Assembly: GCA_963798445.1 (NCBI GenBank)
Contig: CAWCTH010000005.1
Span: forward strand, 14,506 to 78,505
Direction: 5' to 3'
DNA from: an uncultured Acidimicrobiales bacterium
Lineage (GTDB): Bacteria; Actinomycetota; Acidimicrobiia; Acidimicrobiales; Ilumatobacteraceae
DNA: 64,000 bases
A program made the translations under genes and the position numbers. Under the pieces are notes generated by a model, which searched no databases, was not told where the DNA came from, and saw nothing but the letters and a program-made list of their open reading frames with translations. This document shows, in pieces, positions 8,013 to 17,497 of the stretch. Within the stretch, counting starts at the first letter, position 1; the number at the start of each line of letters is the position of its first letter.

Positions 8013-8870
8013 TCACTGCCACTCGATGAGGTCGTCAAACCGCGGCCCGAGGTGCTCTCCGGCGGAGCGGGCGACGGCGCTGATGTGCTCCTCCATGATC
8101 GACGATGCCTGGTCGGCGAGACCGGCCACGATGGCAACGGCGATGCGCCGATGGTCGTCGCCGAGGTCGCGTCCCAAACTGCGCGGGTCGTCGGTGACGA
8201 CGACGTGGTGGCTCACGATCTGCCCCATCGTCTGGAGCGTGATCTCGAGGACCCGGTTCTGGACGAGTGAGGCCACCCGAGCGTGGAAGGACATGTGCGT
8301 CTGCATGTACGCCGTGACATCGGCGTCGGCGTCGCTGGAGCCATTTCGATCCTGAAGGTAGGGCAGCATTGCCGCCAAGCGGGTTTCGGCGTGCGGGTTG
8401 CGGGCGGCCCGACCGGCCAGCAGGGACTCGGCGAGGACCCAGGCCTCTGACAGCTCCCGGTAGGTCGCGCCAGCCATGTGGTAGTACAACGTCGAGATCC
8501 GCCCGAGGTTGGCGGGGTCGACCGTGCAAACGCTTGGTCCACCGCCGGGTCCGCGGCGGATGGCGATGAGGCCCTGGACTTCGAGGAGCCGGAGGGCTTC
8601 GCGGAGCGATTCGCGACTGACAGCGTATTCCTCGACCATCGCCGCCTCCGAGGACAGGGCATCACCCGGCTGGCGTCCTTGCCGAACGATGTCCCGAACA
8701 AGATCCCGGGCGACCGTCTCGGCCCGCTTGGGCGGCCGGGTGAGCCCGGTGCCAGGCGCGATGGGAATCGCAACGTGAGCGGGAGGGTCGGCCCTGCCGG
8801 AGGACGACTGGTCACCAGCCGACACCCAATCGACAAGATCAACGATTCCCTGCGTCCGTCGCTTCGCCAT
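8013..8870 (-). CDS. GntR-family transcriptional regulator, FadR subfamily (paralogue of 3918..4700)
   Basis: 'ALSSEAAMVEEYAVSRESLREALRLLEVQGLIAIRRGPGGGPSV' is followed by a helical C-terminal domain ending LIEWQ. Confidence 0.85.
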   Translation of the reverse strand: MAKRRTQGIVDLVDWVSAGDQSSSGRADPPAHVAIPIAPGTGLTRPPKRAETVARDLVRDIVRQGRQPGDALSSEAAMVEEYAVSRESLREALRLLEVQGLIAIRRGPGGGPSVCTVDPANLGRISTLYYHMAGATYRELSEAWVLAESLLAGRAARNPHAETRLAAMLPYLQDRNGSSDADADVTAYMQTHMSFHARVASLVQNRVLEITLQTMGQIVSHHVVVTDDPRSLGRDLGDDHRRIAVAIVAGLADQASSIMEEHISAVARSAGEHLGPRFDDLIEWQ

Positions 8871-8934
8871 GAATCAAATACTACCGATCGACTCTGTCCC
8901 GATTGAGACAATCGTACCCACGAATCTTGCCACC

Positions 8935-10564
8935 TCACAGGCTGCTCAGCGCCTTGCTGCCGCCGATGATGACGGCGACGATGACGCCGATGGCCGTCAC
9001 GAAGGACATGATGAGGGCGATGGCGGCGACGAGGGGATAGCTGCCGTTCGTCCAGTAGTCGAACAAAACGGTGCCCATCACCTGCGTTGTCGACGATCGT
9101 ACGAGCACGGAGGCCGCGAATTCGTGGGTGAGCAGCACGAACATGAGCGCGGCGGCGCCACCGAGCGCCGAGCGCAGCAGCGGCACGACGACCTTGACGT
9201 TGGCTCCGACCACCCCCGACCCGCTGACGCGCGCCGCCTCCACGTAGCCGTCGCCGAGCGACACCAGGGCGGCGAGCTGCATGCGAGTCGCGAACGGAAG
9301 CATCAGCGTCACATAGACGAGCACGATCACCCAGCGGGTGCCGTACAGCACGAGCGGGCCCTCCGTGTACGTGAGGAGGAATCCGGCGCCGAACAGGACG
9401 GCGGGAACACCGAGGGGGATGGAGACCAGGAAGTCGGCGGCGGTGCGCAGCAGCCGGTAACGCGTCCCGCGCAGGACAATCGAGGCGGCGACGAAGCCGA
9501 TGGGCAGGCAGATCAGCACGGCGAGCAGCGAGATCGTGACGCTGTTGTAGACGGCCTGGGTGACGTTGGACTGATCGAAGATCTCGCGATAGTTATCGAG
9601 GGTGAAGCTGCCGACGTCGATCTTGGCGCTCCAGAACCGGGTGAGCGACACGATGACCAACGCCCCGACCGGCAGGATGGTCGCCACGGTCGTGTAGGCC
9701 ACGAGCGCGACGGCCGCCCACCGTGACGGGCGTCCCGGGGCGCGAAAGGATTTGCCGCCGTGGGTGACGAACCGGCGCTGGTCGCCCAGCAGCATCTTCT
9801 GCAACATGACCACCACCACGCCGAACACGAGCAGGGTGGAACCGAGGGCGGCGGCGGTGCCGTAGGCCACCGGCGTCTGCGACATCTCGCGGTAGATCTC
9901 GGTGGTGACGACGTTGATGCCGGCGGTGCTGCCCAGGAGGAGCGGGGCGGTGAACTGGCCCAGACCGAGCAGGAGAGCGATACCGCCGCCGTAGATGAGC
10001 GTGGGCCGCAGTAGCGGCAGCGTCACCCGGAAGAACACACCCCACGGTGAGGACCCGGCCACCTGCGCCGCCTCGAGGTGTTCCGCGCTCGATGCTCTCG
10101 AAGCCGGCGCTGACGAAGAGATAGACGAACGCAGTCAGGCCCAGACCAGTGATGATCACGATCCACGGCACGGTGTAGATGTCGATCGGGCCTTCTTCGA
10201 GTCCTGACCACCACGGCAGGGTGCGCAGGGCGGCGTTCAGGTAGCCCGGGCGCGGCGACAGCAGGAACGCCCATCCGACGACGCTGGCTATCGCGGGCAC
10301 CACGATTGGGAGGACGGGGATGATGCGCAGGATTCGCAAGCGCGGCGGGAGCCGGCTGGCGCACCATGCCAGGAAGGTGCCGAGCACGAGGGCGATCGCC
10401 AGCGAACCAAGGGCCAACTCGACAGTGGTGAGGATGGTGTCCCCGATGCCAGGCTTCGTGAACGCGGCGCGGTAGCCCTCGGCGCCATCGGCAAACGCCT
10501 TCGATTGGAGCCGGACGAGCGGTTCCAACACGAAGTAGCCGAGGGCACCGATGAAGACGATCAA
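8935..10564 (-). pseudogene. ABC transporter permease, fused double-TMD type (FbpB/PotBC-like), split by a 1-nt insertion near 10084
   Basis: ORF 9593..10564 ('...VSAGFESIER') continues in the frame of ORF 8935..10062 as 'EHLEAAQVAGSSPWGVFFRVTLPLLRP...'. This is the conserved EAA-loop context. Two permease halves lie in one polypeptide. Confidence 0.8.
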
Positions 10565-10648
10565 GCCGACCGGTTTCGCGATGGACCGGGCGACGGATCG
10601 GGCGTCGATGCCGCCCGTGCGCGCCGGCGACGGTGCCGGTGACCACGC

Positions 10649-11833
10649 TCAGACCTCGACTTTCTCGGCGACGACGACGCTGCTCAGATCCGGGACGGCT
10701 TCCCCGACCGCTTCGGCGTCGGCGGTGCGGTCCGCGCCGGCGGGGTAGATCATGGCGTCAGTGGGCCGGAACGACATGACGACCGGATCGCCCGGGCCGA
10801 GGCGACGGGCCCAGCTCCCGGAGTCGCCGCTCGAGATGCGCGCCTGCAGTCGCTTGTCCCCGAGCAGGACGACGACGTCCATGTGCCGACCGGCGTACTC
10901 CGAGTCGACGACCGTCGCGTTCGCTGTGGCGTGCCCGCCCGGCGGCTCCGCTTCTGTGGGGTGCAGGCAGACGTCCTCGCTGCGGAGCCGAACAGCCATC
11001 GCCGTTGCGGTGGGAACCGACTGGACGGGCGCACCGGCGAGCAGCCGGCCGTCGGCCACCCATGCACCATCGACGTACTCGCACACGAGCCGGTTCGACA
11101 TCCCGAGGAATGCGGCGACGTACTCGGTCGCCGGACGCTCGTAGACGCGCTCGGGGGTGTCGTACTGCTCGATGCGGCCCTGACGCATCACCGCCAGACG
11201 GTCGCCCAGGGCGAGCGCCTCGGACTGGTCATGGGTGACGAACACCGCCGTGAACCCGAGCCGAGTGTGCAACTCGTGGATCTCGGCCCGGACCTGGTCA
11301 CGCAGGCGGGCATCGAGATTGCTCAACGGCTCGTCGAACAGCACCAGCTCCGGCCGGGCGACGAGACCCCGAGCGAGCGCCACGCGCTGCTGCTGTCCAC
11401 CGCTGAGCTGTGCTGGATACCGGTCGAGCAGGGGGCCGCAATCGACGAGATCGGCTGTCTCCTCGACCCATCCGGCCTTCAGACCCTGCTTGAGCTTGCG
11501 CGCCCGCAGCGGGTAGGCGATGTTCTTGCGCACCGTCATGTGCGGCCACAAGGCATACGACTGGAACACCATCCCGACGTTGCGCTTGTCCGGGGAGAGA
11601 TTCACCCTTCCCGCCGCGTCGAACACCGTGGTATCCCCAAAGGCGATCCGTCCAGCGCTCGGTGTCTCGAGCCCGGCGAGGCAACGCAGCGCCGTCGTCT
11701 TCCCGCAGCCGCTGGGACCGAGGAGGATGAGGAACTCACCCTCCTCGATCCTCAGGCCGAGGTCATCGACCGCCTTCGTCGGCGGGTTGCCGTGAAAATG
11801 CTTCACCAAACCCTCGATGGTCACACGGGACAC
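10649..11833 (-). CDS. ABC transporter ATP-binding protein (PotA/FbpC/MalK-like with C-terminal regulatory domain)
   Basis: GTG at 11833 follows GAGGT. Walker A 'GPSGCGKTT', signature 'LSGGQQQRVALAR', Walker B 'LVLFDEPLS'. Confidence 0.9.
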   Translation of the reverse strand: MSRVTIEGLVKHFHGNPPTKAVDDLGLRIEEGEFLILLGPSGCGKTTALRCLAGLETPSAGRIAFGDTTVFDAAGRVNLSPDKRNVGMVFQSYALWPHMTVRKNIAYPLRARKLKQGLKAGWVEETADLVDCGPLLDRYPAQLSGGQQQRVALARGLVARPELVLFDEPLSNLDARLRDQVRAEIHELHTRLGFTAVFVTHDQSEALALGDRLAVMRQGRIEQYDTPERVYERPATEYVAAFLGMSNRLVCEYVDGAWVADGRLLAGAPVQSVPTATAMAVRLRSEDVCLHPTEAEPPGGHATANATVVDSEYAGRHMDVVVLLGDKRLQARISSGDSGSWARRLGPGDPVVMSFRPTDAMIYPAGADRTADAEAVGEAVPDLSSVVVAEKVEV

Positions 11834-11882
11834 AGCGTTACCTCGGTTTCGTGGAAAGGGATCACCCAGCCGCTGCCGCCGA

Positions 11883-13029
11883 CTACTTGAACATCGCGTC
11901 CCACTTCGCCTGGTAGGCGGCCACCACATCGGGCGTCAGCTTCGTCAGATCCTGCTTGGCCACCTTGTCCACCGTGGTGACCGCCCCAGTGATGTCCGGC
12001 AGCACCGACGCCGACTTGCGGGCCAACGCCTCCTGACCCTCCTTGGTGATCATGAAGTCGGCCAGGACCTGGGCGGCATTGGGATGAGGTGCCGCCTTCA
12101 GGATGACCGTGTTGAAGCGCGCTCCCCACACCTTGTCGGGCAGTCCGTAGTCAACCGGCGCGCCTTTCGCTTTCTCGTCCACCAGCGGCCCCGCGTAGAC
12201 CGTCGCCGCTATCTCACCTGATGTCAGCGCTTGCGCCATCGGGAGCCCACTCGGATAGATCTTCGGCTTCTGGGCGGCCAGCTTGGTCAGGTAATCGGGA
12301 CCCATCTGCGCCTCGAGGAATTGATAGAAGTCGACGAGGACGGTCGACGTGTGGACATCGATCACCCCGACCTTGCCCCCTGCCAGCTCGGGATCGAGCG
12401 CGTCGGCGTAGCCCTTCATGCCCGTTCGAGTACCGGTCGGTGTTCCAGGCGTACCCGAAGACAGCGGCGGTCGAGACGAACTGCGTACCATCAGCCGACA
12501 CGTTGGACGCCTTGTCGTATGCCGGGTCATCGAACGCCGGGCCCGTCGGTGCCACGAACATCCCCTTGGCCGCGTTATCCACGCCCCACTGGGAACTGGC
12601 GAAGGCAAAGACGTCCGCCACGTTCTTGCCCGTCTGATTCTCCGCGTCAACCTTGGGAATGAGCTCGGAGTCGATGCCGCGCACGACCTCCAAGGTGATC
12701 CCGTACTTGTCCTTGAACTTGGCGGCGAGATCGTTCAGTACGTCCAAACCCTGGCTGGAGTAGATCGTGACCGCGCCCTCTTGCTTGGCCTTGGCCACGA
12801 TGGCGTCCCACGCCGCGGTATCGGCCGCTGCTCCGGTTGTCGCCGCGGACCCACCAGCCGACGACGCTGCCGTGGTTGCCGAAGCGGCGGTCGTCGCCGG
12901 AGCCGCGGCCGTCGTCGCTGCTCCGCTCGTGGTCTTGTTGTCGCCGCCGCAGGCGGCGGCGATGAACGCCAGTACGGCCAATACTGCCAACCAGCCGATG
13001 GGACGTGGAGATTTCATACGTCGATGCAT
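11883..13029 (-). pseudogene. ABC transporter substrate-binding lipoprotein (family-1, Fe3+/polyamine-type), split by a 1-nt insertion near 12421-12423
   Basis: Lipobox 'LAFIAAACGG' followed by a Thr/Ala-rich linker. '...FGYAWNTDRYSN' (ORF 12214..13029) continues as 'GMKGYADALDPELAGGKVGVID...' in the frame of ORF 11883..12650. Confidence 0.8.
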
Positions 13030-13068
13030 CGTTCCCCCGGTCCGAGCGGCGATCTGGCGCCGCGCTAT

Positions 13069-13107
13069 TTGTCATGACAATAAGATCGACGGGACGCCGT
13101 ATGTCAA
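13069..13107 (-). promoter_or_regulatory. putative promoter (-35 TTGACA, -10-like TATTGT) overlapped by the perfect palindrome TTGTCATGACAA; candidate GntR/FadR-type operator for the ABC operon
   Basis: On the minus strand: TTGACA (13107-13102), a 19-nt spacer, then TATTGT (13082-13077). The palindrome spans 13069-13080, 40 nt upstream of the SBP start. It fits the generic GntR operator form T.GT-N-AC.A. Confidence 0.4.
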
Positions 13108-13595
13108 GGGTCACAGCGACGCGATTCCTCATCATGTACTCGTTCAGACCGGGAAGGGCGGGCGCGACCGTCGATGGACCGGCATGCCGGTGGTGGCCGC
13201 GGTGTGGCGCCGCCGGCGAGGACGCACCACGCCAAGCCCGGCGCGATGCACGGTTCGAAGACGATGTGGCCGAGTAGGCCCTGGAGCCGGGCGACGGCGC
13301 TTGGGCGATTCTCGGCCTTCGCCATGCTGGCGTCGAGAAGACTCGGCCCGAACACGCGTGAGACACCGGCGGGCACGCGGCCGAGGCCTGGAACCAGTGG
13401 CCGTGGGTGGCCGCTTGTGGGGCGTCGATGGTGCTCCTGCTGCGGCGGGCTAGGTCTGCAAGCAGCCTCCTCTCCCACACCTCTCCCACAGTGTCCCGGC
13501 AAATGCCGGTCAAAGATGTCAAACGGTCAACGACCGTAAGAAGCCATGATGCCTCGACCAGGACATTCACCCAGCTCAGTGGCTGGATCCAGCAG

Positions 13596-13667
13596 CGCCC
13601 TCGGCAGGATTCGAACCTGCGCACACGGCTCCGGAGGCCGATGCTCTATCCCCTGAGCTACGAGGGC
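13596..13667 (-). tRNA. tRNA-Arg (anticodon CCG)
   Basis: The reverse complement folds as a cloverleaf. Elements: acceptor GCCCTCG/CGAGGGC, D arm GCTC-AGGGGATA-GAGC, anticodon loop CTCCGGA, T arm GCAGG-TTCGAAT-CCTGC. There is one T-T mismatch at the top of the anticodon stem, and no CCA is encoded. Confidence 0.85.
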
Positions 13668-13722
13668 GGGGCCGGAAGATGGTAGCCGCCGTTCGCCGCC
13701 CGGCATGGTCTGGTCGGCGTCG

Positions 13723-15660
13723 TTACGTCCAGAAGGGGCTGGCGGCGATGTCCGGGCAGTCGCTGCGACCGTGGGCGTAGTAGTCGTCGTGGCCGGGGTC
13801 GAGCGTGATGTGGTCCCAGTCACGCGGGTCGGGGCCGGCGTAGACCACGTCGCGGGTGTCGTCGTTCACGTGGCCGGTGCCGTCGGCGTGCGGGGCGCAC
13901 GCCGGCACCGCCCCGAAGGCGTGGGTCATCTCATGGGCGGTCAGGTACGTGGCGCCGTAGGGCCACGACTCGGTGTCCACGCTGGGGTAGATGTCGCACG
14001 ATGGCATCCAGATCCCTACCGTCGTAGGCGCCCCGTGCAGCGTGAGGGTGCTGCCGCAGGCGTCGCCGACGGCGGGGACGAAGGCGACGACCGTCTCACC
14101 GGATGTGCCGTAGCCGAGCCCGTGCAACGTGGCGGCGAGGATGTCGAGTGGCGCCCCGGCCTCGAGCTGGGCCGTCGTGATCCCGAGGTTCACCGTGTCG
14201 ACGGCCAGCACGCCGTCAGGGGCGTAGAGCCGAGGGCGGTGCCCGCCCGTCTGGGACGCGAACCAGCCCGTCACGAGGTCCATCTCGTGGCGGATGCCGG
14301 GCACGATCGTCGGGTCGGCCACGACGTCGCTCGGCAGGGCGTAGACCGCACGGAAGGAGTTGGCGAGTGACGGGTTCACCGGGAGGGCCGGACCGGGCCC
14401 CGGCGGGGCCGCGACGACCGGCGGACCACTGAACCAGCCGGCGATGTCGGCCACGAGGTCGGCGCCGGACTGGCTGTAGAGGCCGATGTTCCCCGTCGTG
14501 CCCAGTTGGCCCAGCGCCAGGTTGGCGATGGTCTGGCCCGGCGCCGAGACGTTCAGGTTCGACGCCAGCGGGAGGGCGCCGGTGTCCGGGAACACCGTCA
14601 CGAAGCCGGGAGCATCCGCGTTGGTGGCGGCCACGTTCATGAGCACGGCGGCGACGCCGGTGGCCGGCAGGCCGGCGGGGCCCGCCAGTGGCAGCGACGC
14701 CGCCCGGCCGGCGCCGAGATGGGGCAGGGGAGTGGCCGTGCGGGTGTCCAGGGCCCGGGTAGGCACCAGTGAGGTGAAGAGCCCGTCACCGGACATTGGC
14801 GCCGCGCTGCCGGTGACGTAACCCTCCGCGTCGGCCACCAGATCGAGCGTCGACTGGCTGTAGAGGTTGACGTGACCGTCGGCGCCGACCGGCACGATCA
14901 CCAGGTTGGCAATCGTCTGGCCGGCGCGCTCGATGTTGAGGTTCGACGCCAGTGGCAGCGGGAGGCCCGACGGCCATGCCGTGACGAATCCTGGGGCGGT
15001 CGTGTTGGTGGCGGTGACGTTCAGGACGGCGGCTTCGGTGCCGGCCGGCGCGCTGGCGCTGAGATCGAGCGACAGGGTGCTGCCCCCGGTGACCGCCGCG
15101 ACGGGCGCACCGACGCCGGCGCGCGTGTCGAGCACACGCGCCGGCGCGACCGGTTGCAGCCGGCCGGGGCCGGTCGGTCCCGACGGGGTGAAGTAGCCGG
15201 ATACGTCGGCCACGAGGTCGGTCGCGGCGATGGCGAACAGGTTCACGGCGCCGTCGGTGCCGAGTTGCACGGTGACGAGGTTGGAGATGGTCTGGCCCGC
15301 CCGTTCGACGTTGACGTTCGACGCCGTCGGGCGGCTCTCGGTCGACGGCCAGACCGTGACGAAGCCAGGCCCGGATGCGTCGGTGGCGGTGACGTTCATC
15401 ACCACGGCGACCACGTCGTCGGCGGGGACGCCGCCGCGGCCGGCGACCTGGAGGCGGATGGTGGCGCCGGAGCCAACCGCGCCCGCACCGGCCTGACCGG
15501 TGCCGTCGCGCGTGTCGAGGAGGCGGGTGGGGGTGAGCGGCACGAACCGAGCCGGTGCGCCGACAGCACCGGCGGCGGTCGATGACACGGGGATCGAGGC
15601 GAGCCCGACGGCGACGAGCGCCACCGCCAGAGTCCAGTTCGTCCACCGACGGGCGCGCAT
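13723..15660 (-). CDS. secreted protein: signal peptide, three tandem ~118-aa repeats, C-terminal HExxH (zinc-metalloprotease-like) domain
   Basis: I trimmed the ORF to the ATG at 15660 (MRARRWTNWTLAVALVAVGLASIPVSSTAAGA). It has three repeats of 'P.R.LDTR.G....VAAV.NVTAT...APGFVT.WPsG...P.ASNLN...GQTIANL....G..G.V.LYSQS..DLVADv.Gyf'. The C-terminus has 'YLTAHEMTHAFG'. Confidence 0.7.
   Translation of the reverse strand: MRARRWTNWTLAVALVAVGLASIPVSSTAAGAVGAPARFVPLTPTRLLDTRDGTGQAGAGAVGSGATIRLQVAGRGGVPADDVVAVVMNVTATDASGPGFVTVWPSTESRPTASNVNVERAGQTISNLVTVQLGTDGAVNLFAIAATDLVADVSGYFTPSGPTGPGRLQPVAPARVLDTRAGVGAPVAAVTGGSTLSLDLSASAPAGTEAAVLNVTATNTTAPGFVTAWPSGLPLPLASNLNIERAGQTIANLVIVPVGADGHVNLYSQSTLDLVADAEGYVTGSAAPMSGDGLFTSLVPTRALDTRTATPLPHLGAGRAASLPLAGPAGLPATGVAAVLMNVAATNADAPGFVTVFPDTGALPLASNLNVSAPGQTIANLALGQLGTTGNIGLYSQSGADLVADIAGWFSGPPVVAAPPGPGPALPVNPSLANSFRAVYALPSDVVADPTIVPGIRHEMDLVTGWFASQTGGHRPRLYAPDGVLAVDTVNLGITTAQLEAGAPLDILAATLHGLGYGTSGETVVAFVPAVGDACGSTLTLHGAPTTVGIWMPSCDIYPSVDTESWPYGATYLTAHEMTHAFGAVPACAPHADGTGHVNDDTRDVVYAGPDPRDWDHITLDPGHDDYYAHGRSDCPDIAASPFWT
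14425..15546 (-). repeat. three tandem intragenic coding repeats (about 350 nt each) inside 13723..15660
   Basis: Repeat boundaries counted from the protein are aa 39-159, 168-284 and 295-412. Confidence 0.7.
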
Positions 15661-15884
15661 GCTCGATGTCCTCCGAAAGGGTGCAGGCCGGTCCCGCCCG
15701 ACGCAGACGTCGAACCTACGACGACGCCTCAGGAGCCGGAATGATCCGTTCGGATCAGCGTCCGCACGCTCATCGTTGGTGCGCCCCGTGGCCCGCGCCG
15801 CTGCCGCGATGATGACGTCGTGGGGGCCGCGGGGGCGACCGTTGCGCACGGGGCGATGCGACCGCGGCCCGGTAGCCTGGCCGG

Positions 15885-17486
15885 ATGGCCGCTCCCCTCG
15901 CGCTGCGCGACGCGATCGTCGCCCGCTTGGGCCGGCTCGGCCTGCACGCGCCGGGCGACCTCAAGCTGGAGCAGCCCCGCAACCCCGACCACGGCGACTG
16001 GGCCGTCAACTGCTTCCCGCTGGCCAAGGGATCTTCGTACGCCGGCCCGGCGCTTGCCGCGGCCTTGGCCGACACGCTGAACGCCGACCCGCCCCACCAC
16101 CTCGCCAAGGCCGAGGCGGTCGGCGGCTTCCTCAACCTGCGGCTCCACGACACGTGGCTCCACGACGTCCTGCACACGGTGGTGGCCGAGGGCACCGACG
16201 GGTTCGGGCGGGACGACAGCGGGGCCGGCCGCAGCGTGAACATCGAGTTCGTCTCGGCCAACCCCACCGGTCCCCTGCACGCCGCCCATGGCCGCTGGGC
16301 CGCCTACGGCGACTCGCTCGGGCGCATCATGAGCCGGACCGGCTGGGTCGTGCAGCGTGAGTTCTACGTGAACGACCGGGGCGCTCAGCTCCAGCGCTTC
16401 GCCGACTCGCTGGTGGCGGCGAAGCGGGGCGAGCCCATTCCCGAAGACGGCTACCGGGGCGCGTACGTCGAGGAGTGGGCGGCCGAGATGCCCGCCGACG
16501 CCGACCCGCTGGCGTGGGGTCTCGACCGGGCACTGGCCGACCAGCGCGAGACGCTCGCCGGCATGGGGGTCTTCTTCGACCGGTGGTCCAGCGAGCGCGC
16601 CCTCGTCGACGCCGGCGCCATGGACGCCACGCTCACCGAGCTGCGCCAGCTCGGTCACGTGTACGACGCCGACGGCGCGGTCTGGCTGCGCACCACCGAG
16701 TTCGGCGACGACCGCGACCGCGTGCTCGTGCGCGCCAACGGGGAGCCCACCTACTTCCTCCCCGACATCGCCTACCACCGCGACAAGCTGAGCCGCGCCG
16801 ACCATCTCATCGACGTGTGGGGCTCCGACCACCACGGTTACGTGGCGCGGGTGAAGATCGCCGTCCAGGCGCTCAACCACCGGCCCGACGACCTCGAGAT
16901 CATCGTCGGGCAGAACGTCGTGCTGCTGCGTGACGGCAACGAGGTCAAGCTCTCGAAGCGCCAGGGCGAGATCATCCTGCTGCGCGAGGACGTGATCGAC
17001 GAGGTCGGAGCGGACGCCACGCGCTTCACCTTCCTCTTGCAATCCATCGACACGAAGCTGGTGTTCGACCTCGACGTCGTCGTGCAACGGTCGATGGACA
17101 ACCCGGTCTTCTACGTGCAGATGGCCCACGCCCGGCTGGCCGGCATCGTGCGGAACGCCGCCGCCAAGGGCATCACCCGCGACCCGCTCGACACCGTCGA
17201 CCTCGGGATGCTCACTCATCAGCGCGAGCGCGAGCTCCTCACCATCCTCAACGATCTGCCCGGTGTCGTGCTCGACGCCGCGGCACGCCGGGCCCCCAAC
17301 AAGATCACGACGTGGACGCGCGAGATGGCCTCGGCGGTGCACGGCTTCCACCACGACTGCTGGGTCGTGGCCGACGACGTCTCGCCCGAGCTCAGCCAAG
17401 CGCGCCTCTGGCTCGTCGAGGCGGCTCGGATCGGTCTGGTGGTCGCCCTCGATCTGGTGGGTGTGGCTGCTCCCGAGCAGATGTAG
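15885..17486 (+). CDS. argS: arginine--tRNA ligase
   Basis: 533 aa. 'SANPTGPLHAAHGR' is the HIGH region. It has a class-I architecture, an 'LSKRQGE' KMSK-like region, and a C-terminal anticodon-binding domain ending in M. Confidence 0.95.
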   Translation: MAAPLALRDAIVARLGRLGLHAPGDLKLEQPRNPDHGDWAVNCFPLAKGSSYAGPALAAALADTLNADPPHHLAKAEAVGGFLNLRLHDTWLHDVLHTVVAEGTDGFGRDDSGAGRSVNIEFVSANPTGPLHAAHGRWAAYGDSLGRIMSRTGWVVQREFYVNDRGAQLQRFADSLVAAKRGEPIPEDGYRGAYVEEWAAEMPADADPLAWGLDRALADQRETLAGMGVFFDRWSSERALVDAGAMDATLTELRQLGHVYDADGAVWLRTTEFGDDRDRVLVRANGEPTYFLPDIAYHRDKLSRADHLIDVWGSDHHGYVARVKIAVQALNHRPDDLEIIVGQNVVLLRDGNEVKLSKRQGEIILLREDVIDEVGADATRFTFLLQSIDTKLVFDLDVVVQRSMDNPVFYVQMAHARLAGIVRNAAAKGITRDPLDTVDLGMLTHQRERELLTILNDLPGVVLDAAARRAPNKITTWTREMASAVHGFHHDCWVVADDVSPELSQARLWLVEAARIGLVVALDLVGVAAPEQM

Positions 17487-17497
17487 CGACGGCCCTC

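Noticed and set aside
13081-13595. Remnant of an integrated element at the 3' side of tRNA-Arg.
   Set aside because: No integrase or excisionase ORF is present, and I could find no second copy of the tRNA 3' end in the window. The ORFs offered by the track there are R/P/G-rich and overlap each other.
15729-17399. 556-aa minus-strand ORF. Similar long antisense ORFs are 7..1059(-), 3939..4886(+), 18664..19992(-), 21091..22584(-), 23624..25204(-), 34977..36149(-), 44042..46620(+), 54513..56474(-) and 61275..62945(-).
   Set aside because: Each is antisense to, or out of frame with, a gene carrying unmistakable family motifs (argS, rho, thrC, wecA, Wzx and others). Each has a low-complexity R/G/P/A/H/D composition. 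I treated them as stop-codon-poor shadow frames.
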